This document shows, one piece after another, positions 46,331 through 55,540 of a DNA stretch of 64,000 bases. The stretch is from Myxococcota bacterium (GTDB lineage Bacteria; Myxococcota_A; UBA796; CAJQPC01). The stretch is taken from NCBI GenBank assembly GCA_036229005.1, contig JAZAMN010000030.1:59723-123722 (forward strand), written 5' to 3'. The translations under genes were made by a program, and so were the position numbers. The notes beneath the pieces were generated by a model that saw only the letters and a list, made by a program, of their open reading frames with translations, was not told the origin of the DNA and did no database searches. Each line of letters begins with the position of its first letter. The first letter of the stretch is position 1.

Positions 46331-48282
46331 GAATCGCCCGCCAGCACCCCATCCACATCCCGCAGCACCCCGCCATCCTCCACGGGGACCTCGAGTATGG
46401 CCCCCGGGCTGGCCTGCAGGATGGCCTTCCCACCCACGTCGCCGCGCAGCGCCAGGAGCTGGTCGAAGCAGCGGGTGGGCCAGAGGACAGGGTTTCCTCG
46501 CCGGCGGGAGGATCCCGCTCCGGCCACGGGAACGACCACCAGGTGCTGGGTTGAGGGCGTGTGTGCGTGGGCCAGGGTCAACAGCTCCTCCTGGCGCAGG
46601 AAGGGCATGTCCCCCAGGACCACGAAGGCGCCGGAGACGAAGTGGGTGGCCAGGGCCTGGACGCCGGCGCGGATGGAGCTGGCCATGCCCTCCGCGTGCT
46701 GGGGGTTGTCGATGAACTGCACGGGGAGGTCGGAGAGGGCCGCCCGGACCTGCTCGGACTGGTGGCCCAGGACCACGAGTACGGGGCCGAGCGCGGCGGC
46801 GATGCAGGTGCGGACGCTGCGGCGGATGAGGGGCTCGCCGCCCAGGTCCTGGAGCAGCTTGTTGATGGGGCCGGCGCGGCGGCTGCTGCCGGCGGCCAGC
46901 ACGATGGAGGCGACGCCCTTGGGGGCGGCCTGGCGGCGGGTGGCGACGACCTCGGCCAGGATGGAGAGGGCGATCTCGGCGCTGCCCTGGGCGCCGATGG
47001 GGAGGCCGACGGGGCCGCGAAGGCGGGCCAGATGCTGGGGGGCGACGCCCGCTGCGCTCAGGCGCTCCAAGCGGCGGCGCTGGGTCTTGCGGCTGCCCAG
47101 CGCGCCCACGAAGAAGGCGGGGCTGGGCAGGGCGAGCTGCAGACCGGGGTCGTCCAGGCGGGGGTCGTGGGTGAGCATGACCACGGCGGTGTCGGCGTCG
47201 ATCCAGGCGTGCAGGGCCTGCTCAGGGGGGCGGGGGTCCACGGGGACGGAGAAGCGGCCGGCGTGCGCGAAGCCGGGGCGGGGCTCGATGACGCGGCACT
47301 CAAAGTCCAGGCTGGCGGCCAGCTCCACGAGCTTCTGTGCGATCTCGGTGCCGCCCAGGATCAGCAGCCGCGGCGGCCGGGTCAGGGGCTGGAGGAAGCG
47401 ACCGGCCTGCTTGCCGGGGTGGAGGCGCTCGCTGTCCTCCAGGGCTTCGTGGCCGGTCTCCAGGTCGAGGGCGCGGGCCAGGCCCTGACCGCGCGCCTGG
47501 TACTGGCGGAGCAGGCGGTCGCCGGGGGCGGGGCCGATGTGGATCTCGACGCGACCGCCACAAGGGAGGCCGATCTCGCCGGCCTGGCTGTTGGAGATCT
47601 GGAAGGCGCGCAGGGCGGGCCCGTCCCCCCGCTCCAGCAGCTCGATGCAGGCCTGGACGACGGCGGACTCCACGCAGCCACCGCTGACGGCACCTTGGAA
47701 GCGGCCGTCCTGGGCGACGACCATCAGGCTGCCGATGGGGCAGGGGCTGGAGCCGACGACGTCGACCAGGGTGGCGATGGCGACGGCCTGTCCCTGGGCT
47801 CGCCAGTGCATTGCGAGCGCCCAGGGGTCCTGGGGTGAGGACGAAGGCTGGGTGGGGCTCGGCGCTTGTTGTGCGTCACCGCTGAGCGCGAGCTGGGCGG
47901 CCTCGAAGGGGAGCACCGCGCAGGCGCGTCGGGCGGGCAGCTCCGCCAGGGTGGAGAAGGGCGCGAAGGGGCCCGTAGCGACGTGCCCACTTTGGTGTCC
48001 GCTGAGGGCGCTGCGCATGTCCTCGCTGGCGGAAGAGAGTGCAGAGAGGGGGTGGTGCACCAGGTGGCGACAGAGGGTGGTCGCGGCAGCCCGGCAGATC
48101 ACACAGGCCTCTCCCTCCCAGCCGGCCTGCACGATGCGGTCACCCTGGACGTGCAGGGAGAGGGTCACGCGGTCCGCGCAGAAGCGGTTGCGCGCGGTGG
48201 CTTGGTGGGTGGGCGCGCTGGGGGGCGGCTGGGGGCAGTCCGCGAGGTCCAGGAGGGCCTGGTTGTAGGCGTCTGCGCTCAT
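46312..48282 (-). CDS. SufU/IscU-like + XdhC/CoxI + MocA/MobA-like nucleotidyltransferase triple fusion
   Basis: NRFCADRV...ACVICRAA...RRACAVL; GSSPCPIG..., SGGCVE, LPCGG, THDPRLDD, GALGSR, GPVGLPIG..EIALSI; IVLAAGSSRR, GMASSI, LGDMP, GDVGGK, LRDVD. Confidence 0.88.
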   Translation of the reverse strand: MSADAYNQALLDLADCPQPPPSAPTHQATARNRFCADRVTLSLHVQGDRIVQAGWEGEACVICRAAATTLCRHLVHHPLSALSSASEDMRSALSGHQSGHVATGPFAPFSTLAELPARRACAVLPFEAAQLALSGDAQQAPSPTQPSSSPQDPWALAMHWRAQGQAVAIATLVDVVGSSPCPIGSLMVVAQDGRFQGAVSGGCVESAVVQACIELLERGDGPALRAFQISNSQAGEIGLPCGGRVEIHIGPAPGDRLLRQYQARGQGLARALDLETGHEALEDSERLHPGKQAGRFLQPLTRPPRLLILGGTEIAQKLVELAASLDFECRVIEPRPGFAHAGRFSVPVDPRPPEQALHAWIDADTAVVMLTHDPRLDDPGLQLALPSPAFFVGALGSRKTQRRRLERLSAAGVAPQHLARLRGPVGLPIGAQGSAEIALSILAEVVATRRQAAPKGVASIVLAAGSSRRAGPINKLLQDLGGEPLIRRSVRTCIAAALGPVLVVLGHQSEQVRAALSDLPVQFIDNPQHAEGMASSIRAGVQALATHFVSGAFVVLGDMPFLRQEELLTLAHAHTPSTQHLVVVPVAGAGSSRRRGNPVLWPTRCFDQLLALRGDVGGKAILQASPGAILEVPVEDGGVLRDVDGVLAGDSARKPG

Positions 48283-49460
48283 GTCCTGGCCTTCAGGGTG
48301 CGCTGGGCCTGCTGGAGGCCGTCGATCAGGCGGGCGATGTCAGCGGGCTCGTTGTAGACGCCGAAGCTCGCCCGGATGGCCGCGCCGATGCCCAGGGCCT
48401 CCAGGGCGGGTTGGGCGCAGAGGTGGCCGACGCGCACCTCGATGCCCAGGCTGTCCAGAACACTGCCGACGTCGTGCGGATGCAGGCCCAGGAGGGTGAA
48501 GGAGATCAGGCCCACCCGCCGACTCGGGGACCCCACCACCTGGCACCCGGGCAGCGTCTCCAACGCGACACACGTCCCATCAACGAGGTCAGGCTGGCCC
48601 TGATCCCAGTACGGGATGGCGGCGGCGAGCCCGATGGCGGCGTGGTGGTTGGGGGTGCCGGCCTCGAAGCACCAGGGCGCGGGCTGGAGGTGGGGGGTGC
48701 CCTGCTCGACGGCGCGCACCATGCCGCCGCCCCAGTGGAGGGGGCGGGTCTGGGCCCAGCGCTCGGGTTGGCCATGCAGCAGGCCGACGCCCAGGGGACC
48801 GTAGGCCTTGTGGCCGGCGAAGGCGACGAAGTCCGCGCCCAGGGCGCTCAGGTCGATGGGCAGGTGGCCCAGGGCCTGGCTGCCGTCCACCACGACCAGG
48901 CACTCGGGGGCGCGGGCGCGGACGCGGCGCAGGATCTCGGGCAAGGGGGCGACCCCGCCGGTGAGGTTGGAGACCCAGCCCAGGGCCAGGACCGCGGGGG
49001 CGTGGGTCAGGGCGGCGTCCAGGGCGTCCAGATCGAGCTCACCGCTGGGGGTGCAGGGGAGGGTGTGGACGCGGGCGCCGGTCTCGCGGGCGACGGCGCG
49101 CCAGGGGAGCAGGCTTGCGTGGTGCTCCAGGGCGCTGACCAGGATGCGCTGGCCGGGGCGCAGGTTGGGCAGGCCCCAGCCCCAGGCGACCAGGTTGAGT
49201 GCCTCGGTGGCGGACGAGGTGATGACGAGCTCGGAGGGCAGGGTCCCCAGGCGGTGGGCCAGGGCGGCGCGCGCGGACTCCAGCCGCTCCTCGGCCCCCT
49301 GTCCCCGCCGGTGGACGCTGCGGCCCGCGGATCCGCCGGAGACCATGCTGTCGCGCACGGCGTCCAGGACGACCTGGGGCGTCAGGGTGGTGGCGGCGCT
49401 GTCCAGGTAGAGGCGCTGGGCTTCGGCCTGGAGGGCGGGGAACTCGGAGTGGCGACGCAC
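48279..49460 (-). CDS. SufS/CsdA-type cysteine desulfurase
   Basis: YLDSAAT, EHHAS, VDGSQ, AGHKAYGPLGVG, FEAGTP, RVGHLCAQP, RASFGVYN. Confidence 0.9.
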   Translation of the reverse strand: MRRHSEFPALQAEAQRLYLDSAATTLTPQVVLDAVRDSMVSGGSAGRSVHRRGQGAEERLESARAALAHRLGTLPSELVITSSATEALNLVAWGWGLPNLRPGQRILVSALEHHASLLPWRAVARETGARVHTLPCTPSGELDLDALDAALTHAPAVLALGWVSNLTGGVAPLPEILRRVRARAPECLVVVDGSQALGHLPIDLSALGADFVAFAGHKAYGPLGVGLLHGQPERWAQTRPLHWGGGMVRAVEQGTPHLQPAPWCFEAGTPNHHAAIGLAAAIPYWDQGQPDLVDGTCVALETLPGCQVVGSPSRRVGLISFTLLGLHPHDVGSVLDSLGIEVRVGHLCAQPALEALGIGAAIRASFGVYNEPADIARLIDGLQQAQRTLKART

Positions 49461-49469
49461 GCGCTGGGC

Positions 49470-49925
49470 TCAGCCCTCTCGCAGGCTCTTGGCGGCTGCG
49501 CGGATGGCCTCGCGGATGCGCGGGTAGGTGGCGCAGCGGCAGATGTTGCCGGCCATGGCGCGGTCGATCTCGGCGTCGCTGGGGTCGGGGACGTGGCGCA
49601 GCAGGGAGATGGCCTGCATGATCTGGCCGGACTGGCAGTAGCCGCACTGGGGGACGGCGTGCGCGAGCCAGGCCTGCTGGACGGCGTGGTCGCCGCCGAG
49701 GCCTTCGATGGTGGTGACCTCGCGGCCCTGGACGGCGCCGATGGGGGTCACGCAGGAGCGCACCGCGCGCCCGTCGATGTGGACCGTGCAGGCGCCGCAC
49801 TGGGCGATGCCGCAGCCGAACTTGGTGCCGGTGAGCTTGAGCTCGTCCCGGAGCACCCAGAGCAGGGGCATGTTGTCGGGGACGTCGACCTGGCGGGACT
49901 CGCCGTTGATCTTGAGGGTGGTCAT
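49470..49925 (-). CDS. (2Fe-2S)-binding small subunit, IorA/CoxS-like
   Basis: [30 protein letters not shown]. Confidence 0.95.
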   Translation of the reverse strand: MTTLKINGESRQVDVPDNMPLLWVLRDELKLTGTKFGCGIAQCGACTVHIDGRAVRSCVTPIGAVQGREVTTIEGLGGDHAVQQAWLAHAVPQCGYCQSGQIMQAISLLRHVPDPSDAEIDRAMAGNICRCATYPRIREAIRAAAKSLREG

Positions 49926-49928
49926 GAG

Positions 49929-51050
49929 CTACTCGGGGCAGGGGGCGCCAGCGTTGGCCCAGGTCTCGAAGCGGGCCACCAGCTCTTGGTGGGTGAGCGG
50001 GGGAGGGGTGCGGCCGGAGTGCCAGCTTGTCTGCAGCAGGTGGTCGCCGGCGACGTGCTCGGTGAGCTCCACGGGGCCGCGGCCGCCGTTGGTCTCGACG
50101 TCCAGGAGCTGGCTGCAGAGCTCGGCGGGGCTGCGGTTCTCGAAGACCATGGCCTTGGGGGCCAGGCTCCAGATGGGGTCCGCGGGGGGCAGGGGCGCGA
50201 GGCCGTCGCCCGAGGGGGTGGCCGCGTGGCAGGTGCTGCAGTGCAGGCCGCTGTTGGGGGAGAAGCGGTCCACGCCTTGGGTGTGGAGCTGGCCGTCGTC
50301 GCCCTGGTAGGGGGTGTCGCCGTCGGGGTGGCAGTTCATGCAGCGAGGGCTGGTGACGACCGCGTAGATGTCGTTGAACGCGGCCAGGCCCTCCTGCTCT
50401 GTGGCGCTGCCGGTGGGGGCCTTGGGCGGCGTGCGTTCGGGGCGCAGGGAGCCGATGTGGCGGATGATCTGCTCGATCTGCGCGTCGCTGAGGGCCTGGC
50501 TCATCGCGGCCATGGTCATGGCGTTGGGGCTGGAGCCCGGGGCGCCGCGGGCGCCCTCCCGGTAGTCCCGCAGGCTGCTCTCCAGGTAGCTGGGGCTCTG
50601 GTTGAGCAGGGCGGGGGCGCCGATCGTGGGGCTGCCCTTGGCGTCCTCGCCGTGGCAGCCGGCGCAGCTCGCATAGGCTTCTTCGCCCCCCTCGACGCCC
50701 GGGCCGGGGCTGCGCTGCTCGGGATCCAAGCCGGCGACGTAGGTGGACAGGTCCGCGATCTGAGCGTCGCTGAGGCCTGCGACGGCGGCCCGCATCGGCA
50801 GGGTGTTGGGGCCGGTGCGCTGGTCGGCGCGGTAGGCGCGCAGGGCGGCCTCGATGCTGGCGGCGTCGAGATCGCCGATGCGGGGGCCGTTGAGCTCGGG
50901 GCGGCCCTCGCCGTGGGCGCCGTGGCAGGACACGCAGACGCCGTACTGGAGCTCCATGTCCGGGGACGCCGGTGGATCCGCGGCCCCGGCGACCGCCGCG
51001 AAGGTGAGGGTCCCCAGGGCGGCGCCCAGGGCCAGCTTCCAGTGCTGCAT
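49929..51050 (-). CDS. Tetraheme c-type cytochrome (c4-like diheme fused to an IOR-associated diheme domain)
   Basis: Signal peptide; CVSCH, CAGCH, PRCMNCHP, CSTCH; C-terminal GRTPPP...W...GAPCP. Confidence 0.85.
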   Translation of the reverse strand: MQHWKLALGAALGTLTFAAVAGAADPPASPDMELQYGVCVSCHGAHGEGRPELNGPRIGDLDAASIEAALRAYRADQRTGPNTLPMRAAVAGLSDAQIADLSTYVAGLDPEQRSPGPGVEGGEEAYASCAGCHGEDAKGSPTIGAPALLNQSPSYLESSLRDYREGARGAPGSSPNAMTMAAMSQALSDAQIEQIIRHIGSLRPERTPPKAPTGSATEQEGLAAFNDIYAVVTSPRCMNCHPDGDTPYQGDDGQLHTQGVDRFSPNSGLHCSTCHAATPSGDGLAPLPPADPIWSLAPKAMVFENRSPAELCSQLLDVETNGGRGPVELTEHVAGDHLLQTSWHSGRTPPPLTHQELVARFETWANAGAPCPE

Positions 51051-51184
51051 TCCGGTCTCCAGATCCCGGTCAGCTTAGCGGAGCAGAGGGCGTCGCCGCC
51101 ATCGCTGGTCCAGGATCCCCCCGGACAGTTTCTGGTCGGTGGGAGGATTAGGCTGCGTTCAATGAACGACGACTGGAGTCACAC

Positions 51185-51598
51185 ATGATCACTGGAATCC
51201 TCCCCTACCTGAACTTCGCCGGGAACGCTCAGCAGGCCATGGCCTTCTACGAGCAGGCCCTCGGCGCGCAGGTGCTCTCCAAGATGCTGTTCGACGAGAT
51301 GCCTGGCGGTGCTCAGGGCATGAGCGGGGTGATGCACGCGACCCTGCAGCTTGGCCAGGCCACGATCATGCTCTCGGATGTCCCCCCGCAGATGGGGGGT
51401 GTCACCCCTGGGACCAACCAGCACCTGATGGTGAACCTGGCCGAGCCGGGACAGGTCGACGCGCTCTTCGAGAAGCTGGCCGACGGAGGCCGCGTGCTGA
51501 TGCCGGTGGACAACACCTTCTGGGGCGCGCGCTTCGGGCAGGTCGTGGATCGCTTCGGGGTGTCCTGGATGCTGCACGCGGAGCTCCCCCAGGACTGA
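51185..51598 (+). CDS. VOC/PhnB family protein
   Basis: PYLNFAGNAQQAMAFY, VMHATL, TFWGARFGQVVDRFGVSW. Confidence 0.9.
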   Translation: MITGILPYLNFAGNAQQAMAFYEQALGAQVLSKMLFDEMPGGAQGMSGVMHATLQLGQATIMLSDVPPQMGGVTPGTNQHLMVNLAEPGQVDALFEKLADGGRVLMPVDNTFWGARFGQVVDRFGVSWMLHAELPQD

Positions 51599-51649
51599 GG
51601 AGCCATCCCCCTGAGCGTCGGCTATGGGGGGCTGCCCTGGAGGTCCCCC

Positions 51650-52756
51650 ATGTCCACCTTTTCTTCCCTGCCTCTGATCGACAGCCTCAAGGCGACCCTG
51701 CGCGAGCAGGGCCTGGCCCAGACCACCGAGGTCCAGGCCAAGGCGCTTCCGGCGCTGCTGGACGGCCGCTCTTCGGTCGTGGTCTCGCAGACCGGCTCGG
51801 GCAAGACCCTGGTCTACCTGCTGCCGGTGCTGCAGATCCTCAAGAAGCTGGAGGAGGACACCGTCCCCGTTCGCAACCCGGGCAGCCCCCGCGCCCTGGT
51901 GCTGGTGCCCAGCCGGGAGCTGGGCGAGCAGGTCGCCAAGGTGTTCAAGACCTTCACCCACAACACCCGCCTGCGGGTGCGCAGCGTGCTGGGTGGGCGC
52001 AAGCGGGCTCAGGAGCGCGAGACCGTGGGGCGGCTGCTGGAGGTGCTGGTGGCCACGCCCGGGCGCCTGGAGCAGCTCCTGGATCAGGGCAGCGTGCGCC
52101 TGGACGACCTGCGCCTGCTGGTGTTCGACGAGGCCGACCAGCTCCTGGACCGGGGTTTTGTGCCGGTGGCCCTCAAGGCCCTGGCCTCGGCCCCCGGAGA
52201 GGTGCAGCTCATCATGGCCAGCGCCACCATGCCTCAGGGCCTGCGCAAGGCCGTGCGGGAGCTCTTTGACAGAGAGCCCCTGTGGGTGGAGACCAAGCGG
52301 GCCCAGCGCACCGTGTCCACCCTCAAGACCCGCAACGTCCGCATCACCAAGGAGGGCCGCATGGTGGCCCTGCGGCAGGAGCTGGACCGGGACCGCAAGT
52401 CCCTGACCATCCTGTTCGTGAACTCCCGAAAGCAGGCCGACCGCGTGTGCGAGTGGCTGGACACCGAAGGCCACGGCTACGCGATCTACCGCGGGGAGCT
52501 GGAGGCCAAGGAGCGGCGGGACAACCTGCAGCGCTTCCGCGAAGGCAAGGTGCGCCTGCTGGTGGCCACCGATCTGGCCGGCCGCGGCCTGGACATCGCG
52601 GGCGTGCTGCGCGTGATCAACGTCAACCTGCCCCGCGACCCGGAGCTCTACCTGCACCGCGTCGGGCGCACCGCGCGCGCTGGCCGCCCCGGGCTGGTGG
52701 TGAACCTGGTGGGCGAGAAGGACGCGGAGATCTTCAAGACCATCCAGGCGCTCTGA
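51650..52756 (+). CDS. DEAD-box RNA helicase
   Basis: SQTGSGKT, PSREL, ATPGRL, DEAD, SAT, GRGLD, HRVGRTARAG. Confidence 0.95.
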   Translation: MSTFSSLPLIDSLKATLREQGLAQTTEVQAKALPALLDGRSSVVVSQTGSGKTLVYLLPVLQILKKLEEDTVPVRNPGSPRALVLVPSRELGEQVAKVFKTFTHNTRLRVRSVLGGRKRAQERETVGRLLEVLVATPGRLEQLLDQGSVRLDDLRLLVFDEADQLLDRGFVPVALKALASAPGEVQLIMASATMPQGLRKAVRELFDREPLWVETKRAQRTVSTLKTRNVRITKEGRMVALRQELDRDRKSLTILFVNSRKQADRVCEWLDTEGHGYAIYRGELEAKERRDNLQRFREGKVRLLVATDLAGRGLDIAGVLRVINVNLPRDPELYLHRVGRTARAGRPGLVVNLVGEKDAEIFKTIQAL

Positions 52757-52812
52757 GCCGGCAGCCGCTCCTGGCACGGGACTTGAAACCCCGGCCTGCA
52801 GAAGGAGCGGAC

Positions 52813-53376
52813 ATGCGCCGGGTGAAGAGCTGGATCGGACTGGGGTTGACGCTGTGGCTCTCTGCGGGCGCCGCCCTGCAGCTCTGGGGGGACGCCCAGG
52901 CGCCCGAGCCCGCGGACGTGCTGGTGGTGCTGGGCTGCCGCGTGGACCCCGGGGGTGTGCCCAGCGACTGCCTGGAGGCCCGTACGCGGGCGGCCGTGGA
53001 CCTGTATGAGCAGGGGCTCGCGGAGAGCGTGCTGTTCACCGGCGGGGTGGGGGAGAACCCGCCCAGCGAGGCCCAGGTGGCGGCCGATCTGGCCCGGGAG
53101 CTGGGCCTTCCCGAGCAGGCCATCCGGGTCGAGACCGACTCCCACTCCACCGCCGGGAACGCCGCGGGGGCGGCCGCGCTCTTGCCCCCCGACGCCCGGG
53201 TCATCCTGGTCAGCGAGGGCTACCACCTGCTGCGGGCCCGCCAGGTCTTTGGCTGCCACTTCGAGCAGGTCCAGGTGGCCTCGGCGGACTCTCCACTGCT
53301 CTCTCGGACGCGGGGGGCGCTCCGGGAGGTCGCGGCGGTGAGCTGGCATGGGTTGCGGGGCTTCTGCGAATCGTAG
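52813..53376 (+). CDS. YdcF/DUF218 family protein
   Basis: DVLVVLG, LFTGG...SEA, ETDSHSTAGNA, VSEGYHLLRA, LRE. Confidence 0.85.
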   Translation: MRRVKSWIGLGLTLWLSAGAALQLWGDAQAPEPADVLVVLGCRVDPGGVPSDCLEARTRAAVDLYEQGLAESVLFTGGVGENPPSEAQVAADLARELGLPEQAIRVETDSHSTAGNAAGAAALLPPDARVILVSEGYHLLRARQVFGCHFEQVQVASADSPLLSRTRGALREVAAVSWHGLRGFCES

Positions 53377-53482
53377 ATGGGGTGGGGCCCCAGCCCGCGC
53401 GTGAGGGGCGGTGTGGGATCCAGCTAGGGTTCCCCTCAAGAGGGCCTCGCGATACCCTCCCGCCAACGTTGGGAGTCCTTCG

Positions 53483-54154
53483 ATGCGCCGTCCTGTCCTG
53501 CTGCCTGCTGTCTTCTTGGCATCCGCCTTGGCCATTGCCTGCTCCGGAGAGTCCAAGAGCACCACCTCCGCCCCCGCGAGCGGCAGCCAGCCCGCCAGCG
53601 TGGAGCCCGTCGGGGACGCCGCCGGCGGCGACTGCGCCAGCAAGATGGCCAGCTACGACGGGCGCTTCAAGAGCGGCGAGCGCCTGGACATGCGCGAGGC
53701 CCTGGCCATCCCGGCCGACGAGCTCCGCATGGTGCGCAACGAGATCTTCGCGATGCACCACCGCCCCTTCTCCAGCGAGGATCTCCAGTCCCACTTCGGC
53801 GCCAAGTCCTGGTACTGCGCCGACCCGGGCTTCGAGGACAGCCGGCTCTCCGACGCCGACCGCGCCAACGTCGCCCTGCTCAAGTCCCTGGAGGGCGACA
53901 ACGCCGCGACGCTCCAGGACCTCTCCGAGCTGCGCGTGGACGACGGCCGGGTGCTCACCCTGCTCACCGACGACTACATGGAGATCGTCCCGCCCGAGAT
54001 GTACGGCGCGGAGTCCGAGGGCCGCATGTGGGCCTCGCGCGGGGACTGGCTGCTGACCTGGGAGGAGGGCGACTTCAAGCCCGACGCCGCCGGCCTGGAG
54101 GCCTGGAAGGTGAACCTCAAGACCGGGCAGATCACCGAGTCCATCATCCTCTGA
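53483..54154 (+). CDS. YARHG-domain lipoprotein
   Basis: LAIAC lipobox; LRMVRNEIFAMHHRPF.S.DLQ.HF....WY...LS..D..NV. Confidence 0.75.
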   Translation: MRRPVLLPAVFLASALAIACSGESKSTTSAPASGSQPASVEPVGDAAGGDCASKMASYDGRFKSGERLDMREALAIPADELRMVRNEIFAMHHRPFSSEDLQSHFGAKSWYCADPGFEDSRLSDADRANVALLKSLEGDNAATLQDLSELRVDDGRVLTLLTDDYMEIVPPEMYGAESEGRMWASRGDWLLTWEEGDFKPDAAGLEAWKVNLKTGQITESIIL

Positions 54155-55540
54155 GTGGCCGCGCTCTCCCGCGCCCTCCCGCTGCTCGTCTGCGCCCTCG
54201 TGGCCGCCGGGCTGCGGGCTGGGGTGCTGTTCCAGACAGACCTCGCCTATGGCTACGACGGCTGGTACTACGTCATCCAGACGGAGTCCTGGGCGGTGGG
54301 CCAGCCGGTGTTCGCGGACCGCAGCCTCCTCTTCCTGCTGACCGCGCCCCTCTCGCTGCTCTCCGGCGCGATCCTCGGCAACAAGCTGGTGGCCTGCGGA
54401 GCCGCGGCCTTGATGGCGTCTGGGGGGGCGCTGGCGGGCCGGCGCTGGCTGGATCCCCGGGCCGGGTGGGTCGTGGGCCTGTGTCTGGCGGCCTCTCCGC
54501 TGCTGCTGGGCATGTCGGTGGAGTACCTCAAGAACGCCCTGGGCCTCGCGCTGCTCCCCTGGGTGCTGGCGCTCTGGGCCGGCGCGCGCTGGGAGCGGGT
54601 GTTGGCCGGGGTGCTGCTCCTGCTGGGGCTCTTCGTCCACAAGCTCAGCGGCGTGATGGGGCTCTTGATGTTGCCCGGTCTGCTGCTGGGGGGCGCTCGC
54701 CTGCCGCGCTGGGTGTGGGGCCTGGGCGCGCTGGCTGGCCTGGCCGCCTTGAGCTGGGGTGTGCTGCGCCCCGAAGACCTGCAGCGCCTCACCGGGATCC
54801 AGGACGGCATCCCCCGCTTCCCGGCCCTGTTGGGGGAGCGGCTTGGGGGCCCCGAGCAGCTCGAGCTCACCCTCATGCACCTGCTGCCCCCGGGCCTGCT
54901 CGCCATCCTGCGCACCCGCGAGGACAGGCTGCCTGCGCGCGCCCTGGCCCTGGCTCTGCTCCCCCTGAGCCTGCTCTGCCTGGCCCCTGGGCTGCCCTTT
55001 GGCTGGGACCTGACGGCCTGGCGCCTGATGCTGGTCGGCGGGCTGCCCCTGGCCTTTGGCGTAGGCCTGCTGAGCGCCAACTGGCCCCTCTCCGCCGGGG
55101 TCCTGAGCGCCATCACCCTGGTAGGAGGCGGCCTCACCGCGGCGGCGCTCCCCGAGCGGGCCCCCGACTACGAGGCCTTCGCGCCCGCGCTGGCGCGGAT
55201 CCAGGCCCGCGCCCAGCCCGGGGACCGGGTCGTCGCGCACCGGGGGATCTGCGGGCAGATCCAGGCCCAGACCGGCATCGTCTGCGAGAACTTCAAGCCG
55301 CAGGACCCCCAGGGCGGCTGGCTGCGGGTGGCCTATGGCGTGCGCGCCCAGGAGCTGCAGGCGGTGGATCCCACTGCAGAGCACCTCGTCGGGCCCTATG
55401 TGCTGCTGAGTGAGGCGGGCTGGCAGGCCTGGGTGGTGGGCCCCGGTGTGGACCGCGCCCTGGCCCGACATCCCCGGAACCCCTACCGCCCGCGACCGGA
55501 CTTTGTGTACGGTCCGCCCCCTGACCCGGAGTCGCCCTGA
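54155..55540 (+). CDS. Polytopic membrane protein (GT-C glycosyltransferase-like?)
   Basis: GYDGWYY in the first loop; many TM segments; soluble C-terminus. Confidence 0.55.
   Translation: MAALSRALPLLVCALVAAGLRAGVLFQTDLAYGYDGWYYVIQTESWAVGQPVFADRSLLFLLTAPLSLLSGAILGNKLVACGAAALMASGGALAGRRWLDPRAGWVVGLCLAASPLLLGMSVEYLKNALGLALLPWVLALWAGARWERVLAGVLLLLGLFVHKLSGVMGLLMLPGLLLGGARLPRWVWGLGALAGLAALSWGVLRPEDLQRLTGIQDGIPRFPALLGERLGGPEQLELTLMHLLPPGLLAILRTREDRLPARALALALLPLSLLCLAPGLPFGWDLTAWRLMLVGGLPLAFGVGLLSANWPLSAGVLSAITLVGGGLTAAALPERAPDYEAFAPALARIQARAQPGDRVVAHRGICGQIQAQTGIVCENFKPQDPQGGWLRVAYGVRAQELQAVDPTAEHLVGPYVLLSEAGWQAWVVGPGVDRALARHPRNPYRPRPDFVYGPPPDPESP

Noticed and set aside
48039..51188. 1049 aa plus-strand ORF
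   Set aside because: Shadow of well-supported minus-strand genes.
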